NCBI GenBank assembly: GCA_009929265.1
Contig: SAAU01000001.1
Span: 58,245 to 122,244 of the forward strand
Source of the DNA: Alphaproteobacteria bacterium
GTDB lineage: Bacteria > Pseudomonadota > Alphaproteobacteria > CASFRQ01 > SAAU01
Direction: 5' to 3'
Length of the DNA stretch: 64,000 nt
The notes under the pieces were generated by a model. That model had not been told where the DNA came from. It was given only the letters and a program-made list of their open reading frames with translations, and ran no database searches. This document shows, one piece after another, positions 20,866-31,326 of the stretch. Position 1 is the first letter of the stretch. Every line of letters starts with the position of its first letter. A program made the translations under genes and the position numbers.

Positions 20866-21834
20866 TCATTTCCAAAAATGCTTTTTTGTTTTTGAAAATA
20901 TCTTTATGCTCGCTATTTTTAAAACAGTTTTCTTCAAAAAAGGAGTTCCATAAATTTCTTTTTTAAAAATTAGAAATTTTGTTTTTGTTTTTATTAAAAC
21001 CGGTGTTTTTAAAAATTCTTGAACGTTTTGGAGCGTTTTGCCTTCATCAAGTTTTTTTAAGAGAGTATATTCATACTCTTTTGTCTTTGTAATGTTTTTT
21101 CTTAGTAAGTCTTTGTTTTTTATTGTATTTTTCGAGTGCCATCTATAAGACAAGAAAATTTCATCAATATATTTAATTTTATAATATTTTGAAATTTGCA
21201 TCATGAGCCACCAATCTTCAAGAGGGGCATCAGGGGAATAATATCCAATTTTATTAAAAATTTCAGATCTTAAAACATATCCATTTGGAATATAATTTCC
21301 AAAAAATAAAGTTTGATAGGTGCCAAAAAGAGCAGGGGTATTAAAATAATTTTTCTTGTTTAGAAATTCAGCAAAAGTCTTATATTTAGCTGTTTTTAAG
21401 GGTGTTTCGTTTTTATCCTTATCCCATCCAATTCTTTTTGAATTTTCATCAATAAATTCGTCATTTCCAACAACTAGGCCATAATCTTGATGAGCTTCTA
21501 AAAAAGAAACCCCCTTTTCAACAAGAGTGGGTTTGGCAACATCGTCAGAGGCGGACATATAAATATACTTTCCGTTCGTTTTTTTCAATAATTCATTAAC
21601 AGTTTGGCATGCTCCTTTATTAGGCCTTGTTGAAAAATCAACACGAATAAAGCGTTTTTTACAGACTTCTTCCATCGATTTTATAATGGAAAAAGTTTTA
21701 TCTGAAGATCCATCATCGATAATAATCAATTCCGCATTTTGATAAGTTTGGGCTATTAAAGATAAAATTGTTTCTTTAATATATTTTTCATGATTATAAG
21801 CTGCAATAATTATTGAAACTAAAGGTTTTTGCAT
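20866..21834 (-). CDS. family-2 glycosyltransferase
   Basis: The N-terminus reads VSIIIAAYNHEKYIKETILSL...IIIDDGSSD, the GT-A / GT2 signature with DxD-type motifs. It is the last gene of a 10-gene minus-strand operon. Confidence 0.7.
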   Translation of the reverse strand: MQKPLVSIIIAAYNHEKYIKETILSLIAQTYQNAELIIIDDGSSDKTFSIIKSMEEVCKKRFIRVDFSTRPNKGACQTVNELLKKTNGKYIYMSASDDVAKPTLVEKGVSFLEAHQDYGLVVGNDEFIDENSKRIGWDKDKNETPLKTAKYKTFAEFLNKKNYFNTPALFGTYQTLFFGNYIPNGYVLRSEIFNKIGYYSPDAPLEDWWLMMQISKYYKIKYIDEIFLSYRWHSKNTIKNKDLLRKNITKTKEYEYTLLKKLDEGKTLQNVQEFLKTPVLIKTKTKFLIFKKEIYGTPFLKKTVLKIASIKIFSKTKKHFWK

Positions 21835-21850
21835 TATGTATATCCTAGTT

Positions 21851-23131
21851 TTAAGAAATAAATCCTTTTTTCTTTAGTTGTTTATTAAAATGTTTCCATA
21901 TTTTGTAGTAAATTTTGTATTTTATTTGTGTCCAAGAAATTTTTTTCTTTTTGTGCTTTTTGAAGGGCGTTAATTTATAAGAAGAATTTGAAGCTTTAGA
22001 GGACATCGTCTTATGAATAAGGTCAATTCCCATATATTTTTCAATTTTTTCCAAGGTGTGAATAGGGCGACAAAATTCATTGATGGCTTTTTGAGATCCT
22101 TCAACAAGTTCCTTTCGCCAAAGAGTGTCTTTTAAAAGCTTTTGACAGAGGTCTCGGCATTCTGAAGGTGTCTCATAGGTTGGAATGTCGATATAGGGCG
22201 AGAGCTTCTTTAAATCGTCTTTTGGAGGGGAAATTAAAGCCGCATTTGAGGCCATAACGTCAGAAACACGCCAAGAAAGTCCATTTGGAGCTTGGTAATT
22301 ATATAAATTAGGGGAAATTAAAGACGAATTAAGGATTTCTTCATTTTCTTTTGTTGTTAAAACTTGCTTAAAATTAAAACATTTCATAAGTTCCCAAGAA
22401 TACCCCCCGCAAGGAATGAAATTATTTGGAATTCCAAAGACCTCTAACCCCAAATCTTGGATAGCATCCAAAACTTTTATACGAATATTAGATGTTTTAA
22501 TCTGCGTATAGGCGATTGAATCAATTCCTTGTTTTTCCATCTCGTTTATCGTATGGATGAATTCTTCTTGTGTTTTTGAATGTATAAGCGTATTTACTGC
22601 AATTCCTGGCCAGCCAATAAACCCAATAAAGCCAATATTTCTTTTGATTATGGCATTTGGGTCAGCCTGAACATTTGTCGTGTGCCCAATGTAGAAATTT
22701 TGTTCCTCTTTTATATCATAAATCTCTTTCAAAATGGCAGGGAAAATATTATTCCACCCGCCATGCATAAAGAAATAACGATCTTTATTTTCCTTAATAT
22801 ATTTTTTGTTTCTAAAATAAGCAGGACTATCTGCCGTATAAACCAAAATTGGGCAAGATGTGTTTTCCAAAATATCCAAAGGAATTTCATGATTTGGGGT
22901 AATAATAAGCTCTGGAGAAAAGTGATTGACTTTATTGATTAAATCCTCTTTATCGTAAAAGTAATGGACGACATTGTCTTTTGAAGATTTTATAAAATCA
23001 TTTGAAAGAAAGAGGAAAACCTCGTTTCCATTTTGCGTCAATGAATCTATAAAATTTTGAAAAAAGGAATCGATTAAACCCTTTCTTCTTGATGCGACAT
23101 TCGAAAGAACAGAGAAAAGAATTTTAGTCAT
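21851..23131 (-). CDS. hypothetical protein; possible GT-B/CgeB-like glycosyltransferase
   Basis: 426 aa with no confident motif. The guess rests only on position in the glycan operon and weak resemblance to CgeB-type domains. Confidence 0.25.
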   Translation of the reverse strand: MTKILFSVLSNVASRRKGLIDSFFQNFIDSLTQNGNEVFLFLSNDFIKSSKDNVVHYFYDKEDLINKVNHFSPELIITPNHEIPLDILENTSCPILVYTADSPAYFRNKKYIKENKDRYFFMHGGWNNIFPAILKEIYDIKEEQNFYIGHTTNVQADPNAIIKRNIGFIGFIGWPGIAVNTLIHSKTQEEFIHTINEMEKQGIDSIAYTQIKTSNIRIKVLDAIQDLGLEVFGIPNNFIPCGGYSWELMKCFNFKQVLTTKENEEILNSSLISPNLYNYQAPNGLSWRVSDVMASNAALISPPKDDLKKLSPYIDIPTYETPSECRDLCQKLLKDTLWRKELVEGSQKAINEFCRPIHTLEKIEKYMGIDLIHKTMSSKASNSSYKLTPFKKHKKKKISWTQIKYKIYYKIWKHFNKQLKKKGFIS

Positions 23132-23133
23132 TT

Positions 23134-24168
23134 TTACCTCAAAGCATAAACCGTTACATTTTTATATTTTTCCTCAATATTCTTTAACTCCGGAAGGTAT
23201 TTTTCATAATCTTTGCGTGTTATCATAAGGTGTTGAGGACAATTTTCACACAAGGTAAGTTTTTTGTTTAGAAATTCTTTTCTTATCTTGTTCAAATTTT
23301 TATTACAATAAAAGTCTTTTTTAATATTTTTATACGATCCAAAGTTAATATCAATATTAAAATCAGAACAACAAAGCCCCATTTTTCCATCTGGCTTTAT
23401 AACCGTGATATTAAAAGGTTGTGTGCAAAATTTCACAGGGTTTTTTCCTAAAGGAAGGAGGATTTTTTCCATTTTTTCATTTGCTTTAGGTTCAATTTTC
23501 TTAGTCTTTTTATTGTAATTCATAACCGGACCGACAGGACCAATTCTTAAAAAATCAACAAAAGGATGCCAAAGTTCAATGAATTTTTTAATGCGGGATT
23601 CTTTCGTCACAATGAAATTGATGCTGGTGTTTGGGGTATGAAGCCCTTTTTTTCTTCGTTCTTCAACAAGTTCATGAAATTTCTTAATGTTTTCAAAAAC
23701 CTGTTCGAAATTGAGGTTAATTCGAGAGGATTCATAACTTTCTTTATCATCTCCTTCAATAGAATACATAATTTCATCACACTTCATCATGGCATCAAAA
23801 TGTTTATGCGCCAAAGCCATATTTGTGGGAAAAATGACAGTGTAATTTTTGCTTTTTAAATAATCCACAAACTCATCAAAATCAGGGTGCATAAGGGGTT
23901 CGCCCTCGGCCGCCAATGTAATAATTTTAACAGATTCCATTTGTTCAATTTGCTTCATACTGGTATAGAAGATTTCTTTACTCATAAATCCGCTAATTTT
24001 TGGAGAAAGCAGTTGCCGTGGGCAAAAAGGGCAAGAAGCATTACAATAATAGCTAATATCCAAGATAACATTTGTTAAAAGGACGCTGCCTTTGTTTTTG
24101 GCTTTTTTCTTTCCTTTTATGGCATGCCTTAAGGTCTTTTCAAGAGAAGCTAACACAGGGATTTTCAT
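23134..24168 (-). CDS. radical SAM enzyme with Cys-rich C-terminal (SPASM/twitch-like) region
   Basis: A CxxxCxxC motif reads YYCNASCPFCP. The C-terminus reads CTQPF...GLCCSDF...YCNKN...CENCPQH, with at least 6 additional Cys. The protein is 344 aa. Confidence 0.6.
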   Translation of the reverse strand: MKIPVLASLEKTLRHAIKGKKKAKNKGSVLLTNVILDISYYCNASCPFCPRQLLSPKISGFMSKEIFYTSMKQIEQMESVKIITLAAEGEPLMHPDFDEFVDYLKSKNYTVIFPTNMALAHKHFDAMMKCDEIMYSIEGDDKESYESSRINLNFEQVFENIKKFHELVEERRKKGLHTPNTSINFIVTKESRIKKFIELWHPFVDFLRIGPVGPVMNYNKKTKKIEPKANEKMEKILLPLGKNPVKFCTQPFNITVIKPDGKMGLCCSDFNIDINFGSYKNIKKDFYCNKNLNKIRKEFLNKKLTLCENCPQHLMITRKDYEKYLPELKNIEEKYKNVTVYALR

Positions 24169-25055
24169 AAAGAGTTCCTTTCGAGTTCTTTTAAGAATAA
24201 TTTTGAAAATTTAACAGCGCCTTTTGAATTTAAATGCTCCCAATCCCAAAAATCATCATTCTCAAATTCTTTTGCATTAAAATAGTCTAAAAATTTGATA
24301 TTTTCTTTATTCGTTATATCAAATAAGGGGGTAAATAATTTTGTGTAATCAACATTATATTGAGGGCAAAGTTCTTTGCATTTCTTATGATAATCAGGAG
24401 AGTGAGGAGGGATAACAACAAGAAGATTTAACCCATATTGGGCACAAAGTTTATGAATTTGACGGACGTATTCTTCTTGATGGGTGTTGCGTTTAGCGTG
24501 CTTAATGTGTCCTTTTACGTTTATAAGAGAGACTTCTTCATTAAAAACGCCCTCAATAGGGGAATATCCCATATAATCTTTATTCAAAGGAGGAAGGTTT
24601 GATTTCATAAAGTCAATGGCATCCTTATAATAAACACCATCCCATGGGTATTTAAAATCAATATCAAAAATATTTTTATAGTATTGGCATAAAGGAGCGT
24701 TTACTGTTTTTTGCATTTCGGCCCCTGATGAAAAGACAGAAAAAAACAAAATGACTGTTTTTAAGTGTGGCAAGGTTGGAATGTATTTTTCGCAAAGCTT
24801 AAAAGATTGATACATATCTTGAGACGCAATGGATAGATTGAACGTTTTTGGGATGATTCCTGTATCAACGGCTGCTTGCCCATGAGAAGATCCCAAAACA
24901 AGGCGTTCAATATTATCTTTATTAAATTCAATGCCTTGTCTTTTATACTCATAAAAATCAACAACAGGAGGAAGATTTGCCTGTTTAACACGTTCCAAAA
25001 TTTTTTTATTTTTGCGTTTTTTATATCGTTTCTTTAAAGCCCTAATAAACGTCAT
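24165..25055 (-). CDS. hypothetical protein
   Basis: 296 aa with no recognised motif. It overlaps the radical SAM gene by 4 nt, which suggests translational coupling. Confidence 0.3.
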   Translation of the reverse strand: MTFIRALKKRYKKRKNKKILERVKQANLPPVVDFYEYKRQGIEFNKDNIERLVLGSSHGQAAVDTGIIPKTFNLSIASQDMYQSFKLCEKYIPTLPHLKTVILFFSVFSSGAEMQKTVNAPLCQYYKNIFDIDFKYPWDGVYYKDAIDFMKSNLPPLNKDYMGYSPIEGVFNEEVSLINVKGHIKHAKRNTHQEEYVRQIHKLCAQYGLNLLVVIPPHSPDYHKKCKELCPQYNVDYTKLFTPLFDITNKENIKFLDYFNAKEFENDDFWDWEHLNSKGAVKFSKLFLKELERNSL

Positions 25056-25058
25056 GCG

Positions 25059-25982
25059 TTAATCCTTTTCTAAAACGGCATATCCAAAACCGGTTTTTCC
25101 GCATCCATTTCCGTTATAGAAAAGATAAGTTTTATCTTTATACACAAAGCGATAGGCATAGCTTAAATTTTCGCTATCCCATCCTGTTTTAGAAAGTCCA
25201 ATTCCAACTTCACCGTCTTTTCTGTCCCAATGAATTCCATCTTTTGATTCGGCATACCCCAAATAATACCCTCTAGAATAAGTCCGAATCGAATAAATCA
25301 TTTTATATAAATCGCCGTCTTTCCAAACGTGAGGTCGGCCAAAGCCATGCTCATCCTCATTGGCATATTCCATACATTGAATAGGGTCTTTATTCCAGTG
25401 AATTCCATCGTCAGATTCGGTATACATCATGGTATAAAGAGGTTTTAATTTACCTTGAGCCTCTGTCCAGCCCTCTTTACAAGAGCCGACATACCACATT
25501 TTGATTTTACCGTTATCATTTAAGACTTGAATGCCGCATCTGGCATAGATTTCATCGCCTTGTCTATCCAAAACGGGGGATTGGGAATATTTTTTGAAGC
25601 TATATCCGCCATCTTCACTTATCGAAAGGCCGCCAAACATATAGTAGGGGACGTTAATCCCCATTTGAAAGCCGATGTAATACATATAAAGTTTGTCTTC
25701 AACCTTAACAACATCAATTGCGCCACATCCGTGATCATCAAAGCTTCCTGGTCGTCCAATATCATAAAATGGTTTTTCGGAGATTTCTAAAACCTCAGAT
25801 GGGTTTTCAGGATTAACGTCAATGTAGCCTTCTCTTGAAATCATATTTTTATCGCAAAGACTGGTGTAAATACGAAGTCTATCCTTTTCAATTAAATAAG
25901 GAATAGGGCATATTGCAAATTGGTTTTTCCAACTATCCTCCCCAGTGGGTTGATAGATTTGCCCCATTTTTTTCCACTTCAT
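25059..25982 (-). CDS. beta-propeller glycosidase/phosphorylase-like protein (GH130/DUF377/GH43-like fold)
   Basis: 307 aa, rich in Trp, Gly and Asp blade-like repeats (WKDGDLYKMIY, HWDRKDGEVG, WDSENLSYAY). The fold-level assignment is tentative. Confidence 0.3.
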   Translation of the reverse strand: MKWKKMGQIYQPTGEDSWKNQFAICPIPYLIEKDRLRIYTSLCDKNMISREGYIDVNPENPSEVLEISEKPFYDIGRPGSFDDHGCGAIDVVKVEDKLYMYYIGFQMGINVPYYMFGGLSISEDGGYSFKKYSQSPVLDRQGDEIYARCGIQVLNDNGKIKMWYVGSCKEGWTEAQGKLKPLYTMMYTESDDGIHWNKDPIQCMEYANEDEHGFGRPHVWKDGDLYKMIYSIRTYSRGYYLGYAESKDGIHWDRKDGEVGIGLSKTGWDSENLSYAYRFVYKDKTYLFYNGNGCGKTGFGYAVLEKD

Positions 25983-25985
25983 AAA

Positions 25986-26678
25986 TTATTCTCCCTCTTT
26001 AACCTGGCAAAAATAAGTTGCCGAAAAATCTTTTACTTTTTTGGCAGGATTCCCCCTATAAATACTGTTATCTCTGGTGTTTTTAGAAAGAACAGTTCCC
26101 ATTGAAATATAGTTATCTTTGCCGATTTTTATATTCTCCCCAATAAGACAACTGCCTCCCAAAAAGCAATTCATTCCCACATGGCAAAATCCTGCAATGC
26201 CGGCGGAGGCAAAAAAACAATTATCCTCTACAACACTATGATGTCCAATGATTGATTTATACCATAAAAAAACATTATTGCCGATTTGGGAAAAAGGTTG
26301 AAGGATTGAGGCGCCCAAAACAAGGCAGTTTTCGCCTATTTCAACATTATGCCAAACAAGAGCATCAGAGCTGATATAACTGGCCAAATGATACCCTTTT
26401 ACTTTAGCTGCGTTATAAAGCCTAGTTCTATCTCTATTTAAATGAGAACTGCTGAGGGCGACAAAGGCCTCGTATTCTTTTGGAGGATAGAGGGTTTCCA
26501 ACTCCTCAAACGCAACAACAGGAAGATTTTGGAAAGTTGATTCTTTTAAATAAGCCCTATTAACGGAAAATCCAACAACTTCATATTCCGAATCATGTGT
26601 AAAAAATTCATATGCTAAAAGCCCCGTCTCACCCGTTCCGATGATAATAAGCTTTTTTGTCTTATTCATATTCTGCAT
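25986..26678 (-). CDS. PglD/NeuD-family sugar N-acyltransferase (left-handed beta-helix)
   Basis: The N-terminal Rossmann-like segment reads KKLIIIGTGETGLLAYEF. Hexapeptide repeats follow (IGENCLVLGASIL, IGENIKIGKDNYI). The protein is 230 aa. Confidence 0.65.
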   Translation of the reverse strand: MQNMNKTKKLIIIGTGETGLLAYEFFTHDSEYEVVGFSVNRAYLKESTFQNLPVVAFEELETLYPPKEYEAFVALSSSHLNRDRTRLYNAAKVKGYHLASYISSDALVWHNVEIGENCLVLGASILQPFSQIGNNVFLWYKSIIGHHSVVEDNCFFASAGIAGFCHVGMNCFLGGSCLIGENIKIGKDNYISMGTVLSKNTRDNSIYRGNPAKKVKDFSATYFCQVKEGE

Positions 26679-26886
26679 TTCCTAAATCCAGAAGTTCTTT
26701 GACGGTATTGCATTCTCTGATTTTGCTAACTTCTAAAAAGAGGTTAAGATTGCTACTAAAGGCCAAAAGAACGGCTGTTTCCGCCAAGGAATCCCATTCA
26801 TCCATATCTAAAAGAAAATCTGATTCGTTCAATTCGTCTGCTTGAATAGCTTCTTTAATTTCCTCTAAAAAGGCTTCTCTTTTCAT
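26662..26886 (-). CDS. acyl carrier protein (discrete, cluster-dedicated)
   Basis: 74 aa, acidic and four-helix in size. The phosphopantetheine attachment-like motif reads DMDEWDSLAETAVLLAF (DSL). Its position between the KAS III and the acyltransferase supports the call. Confidence 0.5.
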   Translation of the reverse strand: MKREAFLEEIKEAIQADELNESDFLLDMDEWDSLAETAVLLAFSSNLNLFLEVSKIRECNTVKELLDLGNAEYE

Positions 26887-26889
26887 TAT

Positions 26890-28038
26890 TTATTCTCCTA
26901 ATTTTTCTTTCCATTCTTTAATGAGTTGAGATCTAGTTTTGAAGTTTTTATCTTTTTCAAATATATATATATCAGAACAATATATTTTTTCAATCGTTAA
27001 AATACACGATCCCCAAGATAATCCAACACCAAAGCCAGAAAGGAGAAGCTTTTGTTTTTTAGATTCAACAGATTCTTTTAAAGTGTCACATATTGTGCAC
27101 GGGATAGAAGCAATTGTTTGATTTCCAAACTTTTCAACACTAGACGAGGGGACTTTTTCAAGGGGAAAGTTCAAGCTTTTCCCAATCATTTGAATGATTT
27201 GCCTATTTGCTTGATGAAGGACAAGAGCCTCTATATCTTCAGGTGTTTTCTTTGCAAAATCCATTAAAGATTTAAGATGAGCAGGAACAACGGTCATTGT
27301 AAAGTTAAATACAGCTGAAGCATCCATATGAATGTCTTTTAAGCTGGTTGTATTTGTTCCTTTTTTTAAGTCCTTTATTAAATCAGCATTCTCTTTTTCG
27401 TCTTTTTTGAAAGGAATTCTTGCCCCACCTGCGGGAACAATGACGGCTTTATATCCTTCGCCCTTTGTTCCAAGTTCAAAATAGGCAGGCGTTTCTTTAT
27501 CGGTATATTCCAAAAGCGTTGCTGTTCCTGCGTCCCCAAAAATAGGAGCCGTCACGCGGTTGCGTAGATCCACATTTTTAGAAGAGGTATCTCCTGCACA
27601 TAAAAGAACTTTCCTACATTGTCCGCCTTCAATTAAAGAATGCGCAAGCCAAAGGCCGTAGGTATATCCTGTGCACCCTTGATTCACATCAAAAGCAGGA
27701 CAAGACAAAGGCATTTTTAATCTTTTGTGCATAACGCATGCGGTCGCAGGGGAAGAATAATCAGGATTTTGAACGACAAAAATTAAGGCGTCAATTTCAT
27801 CTTTATTAACTTGCATTTCCGTTAAAAGACGCTCGGCTGCCGCAACGCTTAAATCAGAGGCTGTCACATCCTCATCTGCGACATGGCGTTTATAAAGCCC
27901 CACCATTTTACGTGTGCGTTCTATTTTCTTGATATTGTTATCATAATACTGAAGTTCATCTTCTAAGCATATTTCTTGAGGAGGAATAACAGATGAAATT
28001 CCAGTGATTTTTACGTGTTTAAAAAGAGATTGCGTCAT
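26890..28038 (-). CDS. 3-oxoacyl-ACP synthase III (FabH-like KAS III) homologue
   Basis: 382 aa. An active-site Cys sits in the context NQGCTGYTYGL. C-terminal His/Asn-containing motifs (HQANRQI, GNQTIASIP) and SGFGVGLSWGS are typical of FabH. Confidence 0.7.
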   Translation of the reverse strand: MTQSLFKHVKITGISSVIPPQEICLEDELQYYDNNIKKIERTRKMVGLYKRHVADEDVTASDLSVAAAERLLTEMQVNKDEIDALIFVVQNPDYSSPATACVMHKRLKMPLSCPAFDVNQGCTGYTYGLWLAHSLIEGGQCRKVLLCAGDTSSKNVDLRNRVTAPIFGDAGTATLLEYTDKETPAYFELGTKGEGYKAVIVPAGGARIPFKKDEKENADLIKDLKKGTNTTSLKDIHMDASAVFNFTMTVVPAHLKSLMDFAKKTPEDIEALVLHQANRQIIQMIGKSLNFPLEKVPSSSVEKFGNQTIASIPCTICDTLKESVESKKQKLLLSGFGVGLSWGSCILTIEKIYCSDIYIFEKDKNFKTRSQLIKEWKEKLGE

Positions 28039-28979
28039 TTTATTTCCAATTTATATGAATCATAAAGGAGCGCTCTGCCGCCAAATTCTTGCTTTTGTTC
28101 AATAAGGCCTTCGTTTAAAAAGCGTCCTTCTTCTTCGGTTGAAATACCAAAATCAAAATAGTCTTTATCAGTATAGACTTCATTAATGAGCTTATCAAAA
28201 ACAAAATCAAGGGCCCCGATAGTGCGGCCGTCAAACGAGTTCATAATATACTGGGCATGAGCGACCTTGGGAGTTGAAAACATTAAGACGCCTGCCATCA
28301 TTTGTCCTTCTTTAAACGACGCATAAAGCTTTATATTTTCTGGGAATCTTTCCTTTAGAAGGTGAAGCTCTTGTGCACTATGAACAGGGGAGGCGTTATG
28401 TTTTTCTTTCAAAATATCCGTTAAAAGAGAAATGTAGGTTTCAAAATCTGTTGATTCTTTGAATTCAAGGCCTGCTTTTTCGGCTTTTTTAAGATTTCGT
28501 TTGCGTCGTGTATTAAAAGGAATTCTCTCTTTTAAATCGACAACTGTTGAAATATCTCTGCGATACAAAATAGCGTTATTTCTAAAAAGGGCATAAATAT
28601 CTTCGTCAGACGGATAGGTGTAATACAAGCTAGGAACCCGTTTATAAAGAAGTTCGGAAATGTTATTTTCTTTAAAAAAAATCTTTAAATCATCAAAGAT
28701 TTCTAAAGCATCAACGGCTCTTAAATCCTTGTTTGAAATAAGGCCCCCATAGGTTAATCCGCCATGTGAACGCACCTCAGTTCCATGTAAGGACGCCGGT
28801 AAAAGAGCAATCAAAGTTTCTTTTTTATAGAACATAAGCGAAAAATCATGAAATCTATCGGCATGATAGTCCATAAAATCTCGATTAAGCATAAACGTCC
28901 CATTTTTGGAAGAGGAAATAAAATCATTCCAAATCTTTTTATCTTGAGACGTATATTTAACAATCCTAATCATTTTCAT
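28035..28979 (-). CDS. hypothetical protein; possible GNAT/FemAB-fold acyltransferase
   Basis: 314 aa with no confident motif. It is sandwiched between the two KAS III genes with 4-nt and 14-nt overlaps. Confidence 0.25.
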   Translation of the reverse strand: MKMIRIVKYTSQDKKIWNDFISSSKNGTFMLNRDFMDYHADRFHDFSLMFYKKETLIALLPASLHGTEVRSHGGLTYGGLISNKDLRAVDALEIFDDLKIFFKENNISELLYKRVPSLYYTYPSDEDIYALFRNNAILYRRDISTVVDLKERIPFNTRRKRNLKKAEKAGLEFKESTDFETYISLLTDILKEKHNASPVHSAQELHLLKERFPENIKLYASFKEGQMMAGVLMFSTPKVAHAQYIMNSFDGRTIGALDFVFDKLINEVYTDKDYFDFGISTEEEGRFLNEGLIEQKQEFGGRALLYDSYKLEIK

Positions 28980-30036
28980 AATCTCGAAGGGGAGAACAAT
29001 AAATTTTATCTGTTGTAAGTAAAACAGAGGCCCAGCTTAACCCCACGCCAAAGCCACAAAGAAGAATTTTGTTTTTCTTTTGAGAGACGCTTTCTTGAAT
29101 CCTGTCAGAAATTGTGCACGGAATTGAGGCCCCACAAGTATTTCCATATTGTGTCAAAGTTGTAATAGGCGTTTTTTCCATTGGAATTTCAAGTGTTTTT
29201 GCTACGTTTTCAACAATAAATTTATTGGCTTGATGAAAGATAAAATGATCTATTTCTTCTTTCTTTTGTCCGGAATACTTGAAAAGTTCTGCCACATTTG
29301 GAGCAATTTCCCTTAATGTGAATTGGAAGATTTTCCCTCCATCCATTTTGGAGCCATACTTAAATGTGCCATCTTCATAAAAGTCTTCGGGTTTAGGAGG
29401 ATTCCGAAATCCACCATTTTCACAAACTAAGGCGTCGTAGTAGTGCCCATTTGATTGGATGTTGAAATACATATCATCAGCTGTTTCATCTCGTTCCAAC
29501 AAAGTTGCAGAACCGCCATCCCCAAAAACAGGGGCAGAATTATTTTGAAACATATCGGTGAATTTATTAAATGTATCACCCACCAAAAGAAGGACGCGTT
29601 TACAGCCATTATTTAACAACATAGAGGCTTGATAAATTCCCAATACATATCCAGAACAAGCTTGCGGGATGTCCATAACGACACAATTATCAGACAAATC
29701 AAGCTTCTTATGCAAGACATATGACGTGGCTGGCATCAAGAAATCAGGGGTATAACTGATGAATAAAAGGGCATCAATGGAGGCTCTATCTATCTTTAAT
29801 TTTGAAAGTAAATCATTTGCCGCGTTTTCACATAAATCAGCCGTTGTGACGTTGTCTTCAGCCACCCTGCGCTTTAAAAACCCAGAAGAATTGACAACTC
29901 TATCAATACGACGCTTATCTCCAAAATAAAGATTTTTATTATCTAGTAAAGAGATCTCCTTTGGGGGAACGACGGATGAAATACCAGAAATTTTAACGTT
30001 TTTTATACAAGCTTTTACCATGTTTGTTTGAACCAT
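28966..30036 (-). CDS. 3-oxoacyl-ACP synthase III (FabH-like KAS III) homologue, second copy
   Basis: 356 aa. An active-site Cys sits in the context PQACSGYVLGI. It also has HQANKFI, GNTCGASIP and CGFGVGLSWAS. It is the first gene of the minus-strand operon. Confidence 0.7.
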   Translation of the reverse strand: MVQTNMVKACIKNVKISGISSVVPPKEISLLDNKNLYFGDKRRIDRVVNSSGFLKRRVAEDNVTTADLCENAANDLLSKLKIDRASIDALLFISYTPDFLMPATSYVLHKKLDLSDNCVVMDIPQACSGYVLGIYQASMLLNNGCKRVLLLVGDTFNKFTDMFQNNSAPVFGDGGSATLLERDETADDMYFNIQSNGHYYDALVCENGGFRNPPKPEDFYEDGTFKYGSKMDGGKIFQFTLREIAPNVAELFKYSGQKKEEIDHFIFHQANKFIVENVAKTLEIPMEKTPITTLTQYGNTCGASIPCTISDRIQESVSQKKNKILLCGFGVGLSWASVLLTTDKIYCSPLRDYEND

Positions 30037-30216
30037 TCTTATTGAAATTAAATTTAGTGTTCTTCAAAGAACTTATATAGAATACTCTATTTTTATAATT
30101 AAAATCAAGAAGTATCTCCCTTTTAAATCGTAAATTTTTATGACAAAATAAGACATTATTCCCTTGTGAGAGTTTTAATTTTTGCTATACTTTAATAAAA
30201 CATCAAGGAGATAGCG

Positions 30217-31305
30217 ATGATTAAATTTTTAGACTTGCATAAGATAAATGAGCGGTTTCGGGTTGAAATGGATGCCAAAATAAAAGAGGTTTTGGATTCT
30301 GGTTGGTATCTTCAAGGGAAACAAAATGAAGCTTTTTCAAAGCATTTTGCTGATTTTTGTGGAACAAAATATGCTTTAGGTGTTGGAAATGGACTAGAGG
30401 CTTTAAGTTTAATTATTCAAGCGTATGGATTTCAAAAAGGAGACGAAATTATTGTGCCTGCCAATACCTATATTGCCACAATCTTAGCTATTTCAAAAAA
30501 TGGATGCACCCCTATTTTAGTGGAGCCAGATGAAGAGACTTTCTGTTTGAATCCAGATTTAATTGAGGCGAAAATTACCTCAAAAACAAAGGCTATTATG
30601 CCTGTTCATTTATATGGACAAGCAGCGGATATGGATAAAATAGGAGAACTTGCCAAAAAATATAATCTAAAGGTGATTGAAGATGCCGCTCAAGCGCATG
30701 GGGCTTTGTATAAGGGAAAACGTGTGGGAAATTTAGGGGATGCGGCAGGATTTTCTTTCTATCCTGGTAAGAATTTAGGCGCCTTGGGAGATGCAGGGGC
30801 CATTACGACAAATGATGAGGCACTTTATATAAAAGCAAAAGCTTTGGCCAATTATGGATCTGATAGAAAATATCATCATATTTATAAAGGGGAAAATTCT
30901 AGATTGGATGAAATTCAAGCCGCTTTATTGGATGTGAAGTTGCCTTATTTGGATGAAGACAATCAAAAACGCAGAGAAATCTCCCTTTATTATAGAGAAC
31001 ATATTAAAAACCCTTTAATTACTCTTCCTACAACGAAAGACGAATTGTCTCACGTTTGGCATGTTTTTGTTGTTCGGACGCAAGAACGGGAACGTTTGCA
31101 AAAGTATTTGGAAGAAAACGAAATTCAAACGAATATTCATTATCCTACGGCGCCACATCATCAAGGGGCTTATGTGGAACTTAAGGACTTATCCCTTCCA
31201 ATTACAGAAAAAATCCATCGGGAAGTAATGTCCTTGCCTATCTCTCCTGTTATGACTGAGAAGGAAGTTCAAAGGGTTGTAGACGTGGTCAATGCCTTTA
31301 AATAA
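30217..31305 (+). CDS. DegT/DnrJ/EryC1/StrS-family PLP-dependent sugar aminotransferase (FdtB/WecE-like)
   Basis: 362 aa. The N-terminus ([14 protein letters not shown]...) is typical of the DegT family. Conserved Lys-bearing motifs match the AAT fold-I sugar aminotransferases. Confidence 0.85.
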   Translation: MIKFLDLHKINERFRVEMDAKIKEVLDSGWYLQGKQNEAFSKHFADFCGTKYALGVGNGLEALSLIIQAYGFQKGDEIIVPANTYIATILAISKNGCTPILVEPDEETFCLNPDLIEAKITSKTKAIMPVHLYGQAADMDKIGELAKKYNLKVIEDAAQAHGALYKGKRVGNLGDAAGFSFYPGKNLGALGDAGAITTNDEALYIKAKALANYGSDRKYHHIYKGENSRLDEIQAALLDVKLPYLDEDNQKRREISLYYREHIKNPLITLPTTKDELSHVWHVFVVRTQERERLQKYLEENEIQTNIHYPTAPHHQGAYVELKDLSLPITEKIHREVMSLPISPVMTEKEVQRVVDVVNAFK

Positions 31306-31326
31306 GGTGAGTTTTAGGGGAAAGTT

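Noticed and set aside
23134-24168. Radical SAM protein as a candidate HydE-type hydrogenase maturase, given the [FeFe]-hydrogenase elsewhere in the window and the similar size (about 345 aa)
   Set aside because: The Cys motif context differs from HydE's CxxxCxYC biotin-synthase-like signature. A Cys-rich SPASM-like tail is present that HydE lacks. The gene is embedded in the glycan operon 19 kb from the hyd genes.
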